Virus record (IMG/VR): IMGVR_UViG_2634166512_000005
Reading direction: 5' to 3' (one strand)
From: a virus
Lineage: Duplodnaviria > Heunggongvirae > Uroviricota > Caudoviricetes
DNA: 62,539 nt
Position numbers and translations under genes: made by a program. Below are positions 23,460-32,660 of the stretch, piece after piece. The notes below the pieces were generated by a model. The model had not been told where the DNA came from. It did not search any database and saw only the letters and a program-made list of their open reading frames with translations. Position 1 is the first letter of the stretch, and each line of letters opens with the position of its first letter.

Positions 23460-23800
23460 CAGTTCACCACCTGCTCTATCGTGCAACTGAAATCACTGTA
23501 CCGGGCGTTATCCGTAATACTCCACTCCCGGCACACCACCCTGACCGTCCGGTTATGTTTCGGGGGCTTCCACAAAAAAGCCCGGTAACCGCCATGCCAT
23601 GACAGAAACGCGGACAGTGCCTCCCGCTCAGCATCCGTTGTCACCCGAAAAACCACCTGAAAGGTCTTCAGTTGCGCATTCAGTCCTGCCGGACGACGCT
23701 GCTGATAACCGTCGCCAAACTTCACCGTCACCACCGACGGTTTCTCCGTCACCTGCATCCCTTCCCGGGGACACCAGTGAAGGGTCTTAATCTCATCCAC
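23459..23800 (-). CDS. M: minor tail protein M
   Basis: 113 aa, ...KFGDGYQQRRPAGLNAQLKTF... Confidence 0.85.
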   Translation of the reverse strand: MDEIKTLHWCPREGMQVTEKPSVVTVKFGDGYQQRRPAGLNAQLKTFQVVFRVTTDAEREALSAFLSWHGGYRAFLWKPPKHNRTVRVVCREWSITDNARYSDFSCTIEQVVN

Positions 23801-26800
23801 TCAGCATTCCTCCGTCACGACGCATGGATAACATCACCGCCTGTACCCTCTGGTCTATCAGTTGCACAAGGGTGCCCGCCGCTTCCGGCCCTATCTGCCC
23901 GTTAGCGCCGTCATTCTGAATGGCGATGTGGTACACCGGGGAATACACCAGACCCGCACTGCCGTTCATGCGGCCCACCGCACGCACGCCGAGTGAACCA
24001 TCCGCTGCCCGGGTCAGGGGCATGATGGCTTCAGGTCCGGCCTCCCCCATCAGCCCTGCCCCTTTTGCAAAGGCAAAGTACGTGGGCGTGTCCACAATAC
24101 TGTTACTGTATGCACTCAGGTTTGCCGAGGTATAAACGCCGCCTTTTGCATTTGCCACCGCGCCACCCAGCCAGTTGCCTATACTGCCGAAAAATCCTCC
24201 TGCACCGGACATACTGTTTGCCGCCATCTTAATGCCGTTGACAATGGCCGCATTCATAAGAACTTTTGATATTTCCTGCAGGATTGATGCAGCCCAGCTG
24301 CGCCATTCCACTTTATTTCCGTTCAGCATCTCCGTGATGTTATTCACCATCCCTGAGATACCGTCTGTCGCAAGCTGTGCTGCCTGTGAAGCGTAATCTG
24401 ATGCGCTGTCCACCCAGTTACTTAGCCCTTCCTGCAGCCCTTTCTGCCAGTCAGCACGCTGCGCATCCGATTCGGCATAAAAAGCCTCCTGGTCTTTCAG
24501 TCGTTCACTCAGATACTGCGCATTCTGCGCCAGCGCCTGTCTGTAAAAATCCTCACTGATATCCCCTGTCTGATACTGAGACTGCAGGTCCGCATCCTTC
24601 TGGCGGTAGCCGTCACGAATCTGCTGCAGCTCCCGCATCCGTTCACGGACCCGCTCACCCTGCCCGTACCCCAGCAGCTCAGCGTCATTTGATGCCCTTT
24701 CGTCTGCATTATCATTTTTCAGAGCCTCCTCCCGGGCCCGTAACTGCTCCCGGATTTTCTTCTGGTCAATCAGGGCAGCATTGCGCAGCAGCTCCTGCTT
24801 CTGTATCTCCGTCAGGGTTTTCAGCTCGCCCTGCGAGGTCTGGTATTTCAGTTTTGCCAGTTCTGTATTCTTCCCGGCCAGTGCCAGTTGTTCCTTCTGC
24901 TGCTTCAGCAGACGGGAAAAACTGTCTTCCGCTTTTTCCGCCCCTGATTTTCCGGCCCGGGATTTGGGTTTATTCGCCTCATTATTGCGCCAGGCTTCCA
25001 TCGAATTACGGATGTAACGCTGCCTCGCCTCCTGATACGTATCCCCCACCAGACCAAGGTCATCCGCCGCATACCCCAGCCGGGCACGCTCTTTTTCTTC
25101 CCCTTTCAGCCGGGACAGGGCAAGTTGACGCTCTGTGTTATTCAGGGCGCCCTGCTGTTTATCATCCAGAGTGGCCTGTGGCAGTCGCAGCGGTACACTC
25201 GCCAGTCCCTGACGCTGTTGCAGCAGTTCATTACCCAGCCCCAGCAGGCGGTTGAATTCCGTATGCTGACCGTTCATGATCAGCAGTGACTGATACGCTT
25301 TATTCTGCTCTGCCGCCTGCTGACGAATTAACACAACACGGCGCTCTTCCAGTCCGGCAAGCACATCCTGAATGGACTGCGCTTTTTCCTGCATCTGTGC
25401 CAGACGGGACTGCTCAACAGCAAACTGCTCTGTTGCCTGAGCAAGCTCTTCCGTTACAGTTTTCACCGATGTCAGATGGTTTATCATGAAGCCGTTACCG
25501 GTCGTCCAGCCCGGATTAGCCAGCACATACTGATACCCGGCGATTTTTTCCTGCAGGGATTTCACCCGGCTGGCCTGCTCATCAATCAGCCGGTTCTGCT
25601 CTGTCAGCGCCTCCCGTGTTCGCCCTTCATTATCTGAGGCTTCAGGCAGAGACATTGATGGCGTTTTATGCGCGATTTCATCAATCGTCAGTGCATACTG
25701 GTGCGCAGACTCCCTGGCCTGTTCCTGATTCTGGTACAGCGTGTACCATGCGGCAGCTCCCAGCATCACCAGTCCGGGTACGCCTCCAATCAGTCCCAGC
25801 GCACCGCTCATCAGACGTGAGCCCACCGCCGTTGTACTGTTCAGCGCATTCTGGGCGGCGGTTCTGGCAGCAATATTTCTGTTCAGGCGTTCCTGTGTGA
25901 CCGCCAGACGGGCCTCTGCGGCAATCTGCATCTCAGTCCCGCGGGCTGCCGCCACAGCCTGCTGAGCCCGGTACACGGCTGCCCTTGCCCGCGCAGTGGC
26001 AATCTGCGTTCCCCTTAACTGGGCCTCAGCCAGTGCCACTTCATTACGTGCAGCGGTCACAAGTCCTGCCGTGGCAGACATCGCTCCGGAAGCCAGATTA
26101 CCAAAGTACCGGGCGACCCCGACAGCAACCAGCACACCCGCAGCTGTTGCCACGGTATCAATATTTCCGGCCACACCGTTCAGCGCGCCGGAGAGCGTTT
26201 TCGTCGCTCCGCTGGCCTCATTCGCGCCGCCCACCCAGGCCATAAAGGCGTTTTCCACCTTCGTGATACTACCGGAAACCGTTTCCGGCATGGCTGCATA
26301 TTCATCACGCAATATCCCCAGCTGGCTGATTAACGCGGGAACGACTTTATCCGCCGTCAGTTGACCATCGTCCGCCATCGCCTTCAGATCCTTACGGGCC
26401 ACGCCCATGCCTGCAGCCAGTGCGCGAATGATCCGGTCCCCACTTTCATTGACCGAATTAAATTCCTCGCCGCGCAACACCCCCTGTGCCAGCGCCTGGC
26501 TGAACTGGGTGATCACCGAACCCGCATCTGCCGCACTGGCACCGGAAATTTTCAGCCCTGTCGAAATGGCCTCCGTCACCTTCAGCACATCATCAGCACT
26601 GTAACCATATTCACGCATTGAGGCGGCAGAGCGGGCAAACAGGGCCGCATTATCCGAAAATGCGGTGCCTGTCCGCTGGCTGATATCCATCAGCACTTTC
26701 TGTGATGACGCAAATTCATCCGATGACTGCGACGCCTGTTTCAGACGGGCATTCACGGAGCTCCATTCATCCGCCAGCGAAATCAGGTGTCCGGTGGCAA

Positions 26801-27035
26801 AGGCACCGGCAAACGCACCGGTCATTCCGACAGCCGAAACGCGGATTTCCGTCAACTGGCTGTTCAGCTCAGCCAGAGCCCGGCGCTGCTCCCTGGCTGC
26901 CGCAGCAGCCTGACGTCCGCCATTCTGCAGGGTACGGTAATATTCACTGCCCATACGGGACGCCCGCTGGATCTCCGACTGGAATGACTGTGAATTTGCC
27001 GAAATTTTGATAATCAGTTCACGTAACGTCGCCAT
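23793..27035 (-). CDS. H: tail tape measure protein
   Basis: 1080 aa, Ala/Gln-rich coiled-coil body, lambda gpH-like C-terminus. Confidence 0.9.
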   Translation of the reverse strand: MATLRELIIKISANSQSFQSEIQRASRMGSEYYRTLQNGGRQAAAAAREQRRALAELNSQLTEIRVSAVGMTGAFAGAFATGHLISLADEWSSVNARLKQASQSSDEFASSQKVLMDISQRTGTAFSDNAALFARSAASMREYGYSADDVLKVTEAISTGLKISGASAADAGSVITQFSQALAQGVLRGEEFNSVNESGDRIIRALAAGMGVARKDLKAMADDGQLTADKVVPALISQLGILRDEYAAMPETVSGSITKVENAFMAWVGGANEASGATKTLSGALNGVAGNIDTVATAAGVLVAVGVARYFGNLASGAMSATAGLVTAARNEVALAEAQLRGTQIATARARAAVYRAQQAVAAARGTEMQIAAEARLAVTQERLNRNIAARTAAQNALNSTTAVGSRLMSGALGLIGGVPGLVMLGAAAWYTLYQNQEQARESAHQYALTIDEIAHKTPSMSLPEASDNEGRTREALTEQNRLIDEQASRVKSLQEKIAGYQYVLANPGWTTGNGFMINHLTSVKTVTEELAQATEQFAVEQSRLAQMQEKAQSIQDVLAGLEERRVVLIRQQAAEQNKAYQSLLIMNGQHTEFNRLLGLGNELLQQRQGLASVPLRLPQATLDDKQQGALNNTERQLALSRLKGEEKERARLGYAADDLGLVGDTYQEARQRYIRNSMEAWRNNEANKPKSRAGKSGAEKAEDSFSRLLKQQKEQLALAGKNTELAKLKYQTSQGELKTLTEIQKQELLRNAALIDQKKIREQLRAREEALKNDNADERASNDAELLGYGQGERVRERMRELQQIRDGYRQKDADLQSQYQTGDISEDFYRQALAQNAQYLSERLKDQEAFYAESDAQRADWQKGLQEGLSNWVDSASDYASQAAQLATDGISGMVNNITEMLNGNKVEWRSWAASILQEISKVLMNAAIVNGIKMAANSMSGAGGFFGSIGNWLGGAVANAKGGVYTSANLSAYSNSIVDTPTYFAFAKGAGLMGEAGPEAIMPLTRAADGSLGVRAVGRMNGSAGLVYSPVYHIAIQNDGANGQIGPEAAGTLVQLIDQRVQAVMLSMRRDGGMLSG

Positions 27036-27082
27036 TCACCTTTCTCCGGGCGTAAAAAAACCGCCTCAGCGGTTCTCATCAT

Positions 27083-27397
27083 TCATGACTGTGCTGCAAA
27101 GCTCAGCGCGTCTTCCAGCGCCGCAAACGGATCCACCTCCGGCTTATCCTCATCCTCGCCCCAGCAGAGCATGGCGTCCTTCAGTGCAACATTCATCCCC
27201 TGTGCCCCGAAAACCGCTTTCACGATCTGTGCATTACGGATATCCCCGCGCTCATCACCCAGCGGGGATATCCTGTCGAACTCCATCCACATCATCGCCT
27301 CGCTCGCACTCAGGCTGTGGCGCAGTTCGGATAAGGTGCGCCCCAGACGGAGCGCAAGTCGCATCAGAAAGCGAATTTCCGGGCGGGCTACTTTTTT
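27083..27397 (-). CDS. T: tail assembly chaperone T, made as a G-T fusion by -1 frameshift
   Basis: ORF 27083..27364 stays open upstream across the G stop; slippery heptamer A-AAA-AAG at 27391-27397. Confidence 0.65.
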   Translation of the reverse strand, partial: KKVARPEIRFLMRLALRLGRTLSELRHSLSASEAMMWMEFDRISPLGDERGDIRNAQIVKAVFGAQGMNVALKDAMLCWGEDEDKPEVDPFAALEDALSFAAQS

Positions 27398-27762
27398 CTG
27401 GCCGACCCTGCATCAGCGATCAGTTCCAGTGCCTGACGCAGCAACCGGGCATGTACCGGACCATAGACGGCCAGCACCTGCTCACGGTCGTCCGGAGTGA
27501 ACACCCGCTGCAGGTCCGTATCACACAGGACATCGCAGAACAGCGTCACATCCGCTTCCAGGTTACGGCGGGTTTTCGCCACCACCGACAGGGTATCGTC
27601 ATCCTCTCCATCACCATTGAGCACGTCCTGCCACAGATACCAGGCCTCTGCCGAAGGCTCCCGCAGCACCACGCTGACATTACCCCATTCCGGCACCTTC
27701 ACCGTTTTATGACGAAACCCTGACAGTCTGGCCAGCGCCAGCGTTTTCAGATCCTTTTTCAT
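27388..27762 (-). CDS. G: tail assembly chaperone G
   Basis: MKKDLKTLALARL... immediately after V. Confidence 0.75.
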   Translation of the reverse strand: MKKDLKTLALARLSGFRHKTVKVPEWGNVSVVLREPSAEAWYLWQDVLNGDGEDDDTLSVVAKTRRNLEADVTLFCDVLCDTDLQRVFTPDDREQVLAVYGPVHARLLRQALELIADAGSARKK

Positions 27763-27776
27763 GATGCCCCATCCCC

Positions 27777-28493
27777 TTATCCGGCGGCTGCGCTCACTGT
27801 CACGGTGCATTCAACAGACGTCACACTCTGTGCTTTCTCTGCCGAATCGGTCACCACGCAGGTATATTTCCCCGCATCAGCGGACTGCGCACCGGGCTTA
27901 CTGAAGGTGTCTGTCGTCTGCCCGTCAACCGGCTGACCATCCTTCTTCCAGGCGTATTTATACGGCGGCATTCCCCCGTTGGCACTGACTGACATTGTCA
28001 GCAGCGCACCGGTATTCACGGTAAGTGTCTTATCCAGATTTTTCACAAACGCCAGCGGTACCACAAAGGACATCGGTTTGCCTTTCAGACGCAGTGAGAA
28101 CGTTGCAGCCACCACGCCGTTGGTACCGGATGACCAGGTGTGCTGACGCACTTCCGCCAGGAATTTAAAGCCCTTACCGGACGGAAACTGCACCTTAAAC
28201 GCATACAACGCGTCATTGTCATAAGCATCACGCAGGGCGTTCTGGGCCTGATTCAGATAAAAATTACCCGACATGGAAATCTCGGACGACGCCCCCAGAC
28301 CGTTGATGTTCTCCTGCTCTGTGGAGCAGAGCGTGGTCACATCAATATCCTGTTTCTGACCGGCGGTGAACTGGACTTCCTTGATGGTGCAGTCCAGGCG
28401 CAGATATTCCGCCTTATCCATAGTTTCAGCAGTCGCCGGGGCAGATGAAATCATCACCTGCGTCAGCTGTGAGCGTTCATACAAAGCAGACAT
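27777..28493 (-). CDS. V: major tail protein V with C-terminal Ig-like domain
   Basis: 238 aa. Confidence 0.85.
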   Translation of the reverse strand: MSALYERSQLTQVMISSAPATAETMDKAEYLRLDCTIKEVQFTAGQKQDIDVTTLCSTEQENINGLGASSEISMSGNFYLNQAQNALRDAYDNDALYAFKVQFPSGKGFKFLAEVRQHTWSSGTNGVVAATFSLRLKGKPMSFVVPLAFVKNLDKTLTVNTGALLTMSVSANGGMPPYKYAWKKDGQPVDGQTTDTFSKPGAQSADAGKYTCVVTDSAEKAQSVTSVECTVTVSAAAG

Positions 28494-28559
28494 TCTGCCT
28501 CCTGATAATAAAAAACCCGCACGCGGCGGGGTATGGGTTTTGTGGGAAAAAAGAAAAAG

Positions 28560-28904
28560 TCACACCGTCACCTGAAACTCCAGGGTTGCACGGTAACAGC
28601 GGTTTTCCGGAATATAGTCCTGCATTTCACTGACGGCTCCCGGGGCCAGCAGCATTATGGCTTCACGGGCGTCCTGACGTATCTGACGCGCCTGCGTCAC
28701 AGTCCCGGCATAAACGTCTATCTGCACCGACACTGAGGACTCCGCCTGCCCGCCCATCACGTCCGCAGACACCGATGAAATCAGGCTGAAAACCACCCAC
28801 GGAAGCGCCACCGACGGCCTGCCATCCAGCAGGGGGACCACATACGGGTACACCTGCCCGCCGGCAAGATGCGCCAGATGAGGATACAAATCCGCCTCCG
28901 TCAT
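28560..28904 (-). CDS. tail terminator / tail completion protein (gpU-like position)
   Basis: 114-aa ORF directly upstream of V. Confidence 0.55.
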   Translation of the reverse strand: MTEADLYPHLAHLAGGQVYPYVVPLLDGRPSVALPWVVFSLISSVSADVMGGQAESSVSVQIDVYAGTVTQARQIRQDAREAIMLLAPGAVSEMQDYIPENRCYRATLEFQVTV

Positions 28905-29347
28905 CGTCTCAGTACCTCATCAATGGCCCGGTTCATCCGCGCAATCGCCACCTGCGCTGCCTGTTCACTGCGCACATCAAACGCCGGGCGCACAAACGGG
29001 TGCGGTGGCATATTCACGGTCCCCATTTCCACAAACCGCCAGTAGAAAGCATTCCGCGGGTTATCCGCCTTCATGGTGTTATCGCTGTTACCGGTGTCCG
29101 GATTAACACCACGGATATGGACACCGGATTCCATCCCGCCATCGCGGGAGCGCCGGGAAAGGACCACCACATTGCGGCGCAGTTTTCCCCTGCGCACCGG
29201 TGCCCGTGACACCACTTCTTCTTTCAGCACATTCGCACCCGCACGGGTTGCCTCACGCAGCACCCGGTTATTTTCCGCACCACTCAGAAGCTGCAAATCG
29301 CGGCTGATGTCCTCCAGCCCCGAAAAATCCAGCAGGGTTTCGATCAT
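28901..29347 (-). CDS. tail component (HK97 gp10-like)
   Basis: 148-aa ORF, coupled to neighbours. Confidence 0.55.
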   Translation of the reverse strand: MIETLLDFSGLEDISRDLQLLSGAENNRVLREATRAGANVLKEEVVSRAPVRRGKLRRNVVVLSRRSRDGGMESGVHIRGVNPDTGNSDNTMKADNPRNAFYWRFVEMGTVNMPPHPFVRPAFDVRSEQAAQVAIARMNRAIDEVLRR

Positions 29348-29694
29348 TTTTCCCCTCCCAGCCGACAGAGAATTTCCAGACGCCCGCCGGTCGCATCCGG
29401 CACGGGCAGCCCGACAACGTTCAGGATCCGGTCACGCCATGGACCACTCAGCACATGAAGTCGTGACGCTGCCGTGATTTCCCGACCGGACTGACCGCGC
29501 ACCCAGATGCGGATTTCCGCCTGCGCCATTTCCGCACCGGACTGCATCCGCTCCCGGCTGCTCCTGCCACGGATATCCGCATGAATTTTCCCGCATGACA
29601 CCCATTCTTCCGTCATTTCTCCGGCAGCATTACGGGTTAACACCGGGTTCAGAACACTTATCATCTGTGTCAGACGACCTGCATATATTGCCAT
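29344..29694 (-). CDS. head-tail adaptor / head closure protein
   Basis: 116-aa ORF in head-tail joining block. Confidence 0.55.
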   Translation of the reverse strand: MAIYAGRLTQMISVLNPVLTRNAAGEMTEEWVSCGKIHADIRGRSSRERMQSGAEMAQAEIRIWVRGQSGREITAASRLHVLSGPWRDRILNVVGLPVPDATGGRLEILCRLGGEK

Positions 29695-29703
29695 TCCCCC
29701 TCC

Positions 29704-30030
29704 TCATAACACCGTCGGACACCGCAAATCGTAAATCAGCACGGAAACAGAAAACGGCAGCTCCCCCTGAAGCAGTTCTTCCCGCTCCGCAAGATCCGGA
29801 TTCCGGTACAGCATCCCGGTCAGCCGCATGGCAGCCCCCTTCATCCGGGTTAATGCCTCGCCCGGGATCAGTTCACCGTCCTCACGAATCACTTTATCCC
29901 GGCTGCCCTGAATGTAGGCCAGCAGCACGGCGGTAGCCTGACGAACCTTGTCCATCAGCATGTCATCATCCGCGTCATGGTCGACACGCAGATGTGCCTT
30001 GATCTCTTCCAGTGTCAGTAATGCCGTCAT
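29704..30030 (-). CDS. head-tail connector (gp6-like) protein
   Basis: 108-aa acidic ORF. Confidence 0.55.
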   Translation of the reverse strand: MTALLTLEEIKAHLRVDHDADDDMLMDKVRQATAVLLAYIQGSRDKVIREDGELIPGEALTRMKGAAMRLTGMLYRNPDLAEREELLQGELPFSVSVLIYDLRCPTVL

Positions 30031-31088
30031 TTTCCGCCTCCTGCATCCCGCCCACGTTTTGCAGCCAGGGTCCAGGCTGATGAATGAGCTTCTCCGGGTT
30101 TATCACCGGTCATACTGTTGCAGTGCCACAGCGAGCCCCCCCATGTCACCGTATCGCCGGGGTGGTAGGTTTCACCGGCTCTGAACACACCGCGGTAGAG
30201 CATCACCGGCAGGGAAAATGTTTTTTCCGTACGCTGACCGCTGCTCTGCCGGATCACCACAGAGAACAACCGTTCACCCGTCATACTGACGTCAATATCC
30301 GCCACCCCGTCAACCAGGCATTCCCATCCCCGCATCCCGTGCGTTTTTTCATACGCCCGCCAGAGTCCGCCCAGGTGTGTGGCATACGTGCCCCGGGGAA
30401 AGGATTTTTGATCGTCAATGGCGGGGAGTATTTCCAGTGCCGTGGCATCACGCCCGTCCTGCGGAGCCGGCAGGGCACTCACCGCATCCAGAACCGCCTT
30501 CTGCAGAACATCCGGATCGTAGTCACGACCATCACGCGGAACAGGAATATGGCTTACCGCCTCCTTCACCATCTGTTCAAGCATCGGATGCACATCATCC
30601 GGGGTGATACTTTTACCGTCTGCCGGCTGCGGAATATTTGCGACCGCATCATTCACCGCCTTCTGCAGAACATCGGGATCATAGTCACGACCATCTCGCG
30701 GAACAGGGATATGGCTTACCGCCTCCTTCACCATCTGTTCAAGCATCGGACGCACATCATCCGGGGTGAGACTTTTACCGTCCGCTGGCTGTGGAATATT
30801 TGCGACCGCGTCATTCACCGCCTTCTGCAGTACTTCCGGATCGTAGTCACGACCGTCACGCGGAACAGGGATATGGCTTACCGCCTCCTTCACCATCTGC
30901 TCAAGCATCGGACGCACATCATCGCCCGTCACGCACTTCTGTAATACCACAGACAGGGAAGCCAGTTTTTCTTCAAACGTTTGTGCCTGCGCGGCTATTT
31001 TCCCCTCAAATGTGCGCTGTAAATCCGCCAGCACTGCGGAAAATTCTTCACCCAGCGCACGGATAATGGACAGTTCACGTTCATTCAT
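30027..31088 (-). CDS. head-region protein with three tandem ~55-aa repeats
   Basis: 353 aa; repeat DDVRPMLEQMVKEAVSHIPVPRDGRDYDP.VLQKAVNDAVANIPQPADGKS.TP three times. Confidence 0.6.
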   Translation of the reverse strand: MNERELSIIRALGEEFSAVLADLQRTFEGKIAAQAQTFEEKLASLSVVLQKCVTGDDVRPMLEQMVKEAVSHIPVPRDGRDYDPEVLQKAVNDAVANIPQPADGKSLTPDDVRPMLEQMVKEAVSHIPVPRDGRDYDPDVLQKAVNDAVANIPQPADGKSITPDDVHPMLEQMVKEAVSHIPVPRDGRDYDPDVLQKAVLDAVSALPAPQDGRDATALEILPAIDDQKSFPRGTYATHLGGLWRAYEKTHGMRGWECLVDGVADIDVSMTGERLFSVVIRQSSGQRTEKTFSLPVMLYRGVFRAGETYHPGDTVTWGGSLWHCNSMTGDKPGEAHSSAWTLAAKRGRDAGGGK

Positions 31089-32449
31089 TTTTTCAGAGTC
31101 CCCCTGAACATCGCCTTCACCGCATCATGCTCTGTTTCAGTGATTGCCTTATTACCGTCAGAGGCAGCGACCGCCTGAGGCACGGAAGCTGTTTTACCGG
31201 ACGACGCGAACGGATCTTCACGGGCATCACGACGGGACAGCGCCTCCAGACTGTAGTTCTGCTGCTGAAGATACAGTGCATCACCGCCGGCCAGGGGCGG
31301 CAGGTTCTCCCGTTTACGGGCCTCATTGGGCGTGAGAAGCGTATTTTTCACCGCATCCCCCAGCGTTTTCATGCGCCGCTCACTGTCCATTCTCAGCAGC
31401 GTGGTGACATCAAATTCCGTACTCTCGTTTTCCCCCGTTTCCAGCGCCTCATCCAGTAACAGTTCAATGGACTCAATCAGCGTCTGCAGGCACTGGGAAT
31501 AATACTGCTGCTCCAGCGCCTCCACGTTGTCACTGGAAGGCGGTTGTCCCACGCCAATCTTGTAGGCCGGGACACGGAACACCGAACAGACAATTTCAGC
31601 GGTCATCTTCAGTTGTTCCACCGTCTGCGAATCCACCGGTGAAAACGTCGTGGGGTTGTATTTTGCCCCGTTGCTCAGAATGGCCGTTTTCCCCGCATTT
31701 TCGCCTGTATACCCGCTGTCCCAGTTGCTCTTCAGTTTTTTCGCATTTTCTTCCGTAATACTGCCGGGGATCTCAATCACCCCGGACGGCCTGCCGCCAT
31801 TTCTGAAAAAAGACGTCGAATTTTCCTGAATATGATGCCCCTGCGTGGCCGCCAGCCCGGCGGCATACACCGGCGGCAACCCTATAAGCGGATGAAAAAA
31901 ACAGTTAAACCGGTCGTGGATCACTTCCCGGGCAGGCACCGTCACCGCCTCAGTGATCCCACAGTTCCGGTCCGGCGTGATGCGGTAGAACACCTCGCCG
32001 TCATCCGCCACCAGAGGTTCAACCCGGTTCCAGTCCAGAATACGCAGTTCTTTGATCTGCCCCCGGGCATTACGGATTTTCAGCACCACCGTATTGCCGT
32101 GACGCAGTTTGGCGTTCAGCCACAGTTCAAAAAACTGAATGCGGTTCTGCTGCGCATTGGGGCGACGACAGAGGCGGGCAATATCCCCCCGGCGCGTTTC
32201 CCTGCGTATCCCATGCGCATCCGTCTGCATAAGACGCAGCCGCATTTTGGCGATATCCTGGGATATCAGCGAAATACATGCAAACACCGCATGAAAGGAG
32301 AGGACGGCTTCAGGATCGGCTTTCACGCCCTGCTGCCAGGCGCCGGAAAAGGGCTCAGCCACCGCCTGAAACAGGCTGGTCCAGCCCGCCTCTCTTACGT
32401 CACGTCCTGATTTCTGGTTTTTTCGGGTTCGCCGTAAAAGGTTCCACAT
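31085..32449 (-). CDS. portal protein (HK97 family)
   Basis: 454-aa ORF in head module. Confidence 0.65.
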   Translation of the reverse strand: MWNLLRRTRKNQKSGRDVREAGWTSLFQAVAEPFSGAWQQGVKADPEAVLSFHAVFACISLISQDIAKMRLRLMQTDAHGIRRETRRGDIARLCRRPNAQQNRIQFFELWLNAKLRHGNTVVLKIRNARGQIKELRILDWNRVEPLVADDGEVFYRITPDRNCGITEAVTVPAREVIHDRFNCFFHPLIGLPPVYAAGLAATQGHHIQENSTSFFRNGGRPSGVIEIPGSITEENAKKLKSNWDSGYTGENAGKTAILSNGAKYNPTTFSPVDSQTVEQLKMTAEIVCSVFRVPAYKIGVGQPPSSDNVEALEQQYYSQCLQTLIESIELLLDEALETGENESTEFDVTTLLRMDSERRMKTLGDAVKNTLLTPNEARKRENLPPLAGGDALYLQQQNYSLEALSRRDAREDPFASSGKTASVPQAVAASDGNKAITETEHDAVKAMFRGTLKK

Positions 32450-32616
32450 TCGCCATGCTCCGCATCACGTTTCTTTTTCTGACCTGCCGGACGTCGCACC
32501 GTGATGTACTCCGCCTTTCCCAGGCGAACCAGCACCTCCGCACACGGCTGTGCCACATCACGGATATCCCCGGCCCGGGCATCATGCGTGCCCTGCAGAT
32601 ATCGGATCTTTGCCAT
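32395..32616 (-). CDS. small hypothetical protein between capsid and portal genes
   Basis: 73-aa ORF, weak RBS. Confidence 0.25.
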   Translation of the reverse strand: MAKIRYLQGTHDARAGDIRDVAQPCAEVLVRLGKAEYITVRRPAGQKKKRDAEHGECGTFYGEPEKTRNQDVT

Positions 32617-32660
32617 AACCTGTTACGGGAGGCACACGCCTCCCGTCCTCCTTATCAGAC

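Noticed and set aside
23920-27723. Numerous plus-strand ORFs inside the tape measure and G/T genes
   Set aside because: Antisense to a long, clearly homologous tail gene; low-complexity composition and no RBS.
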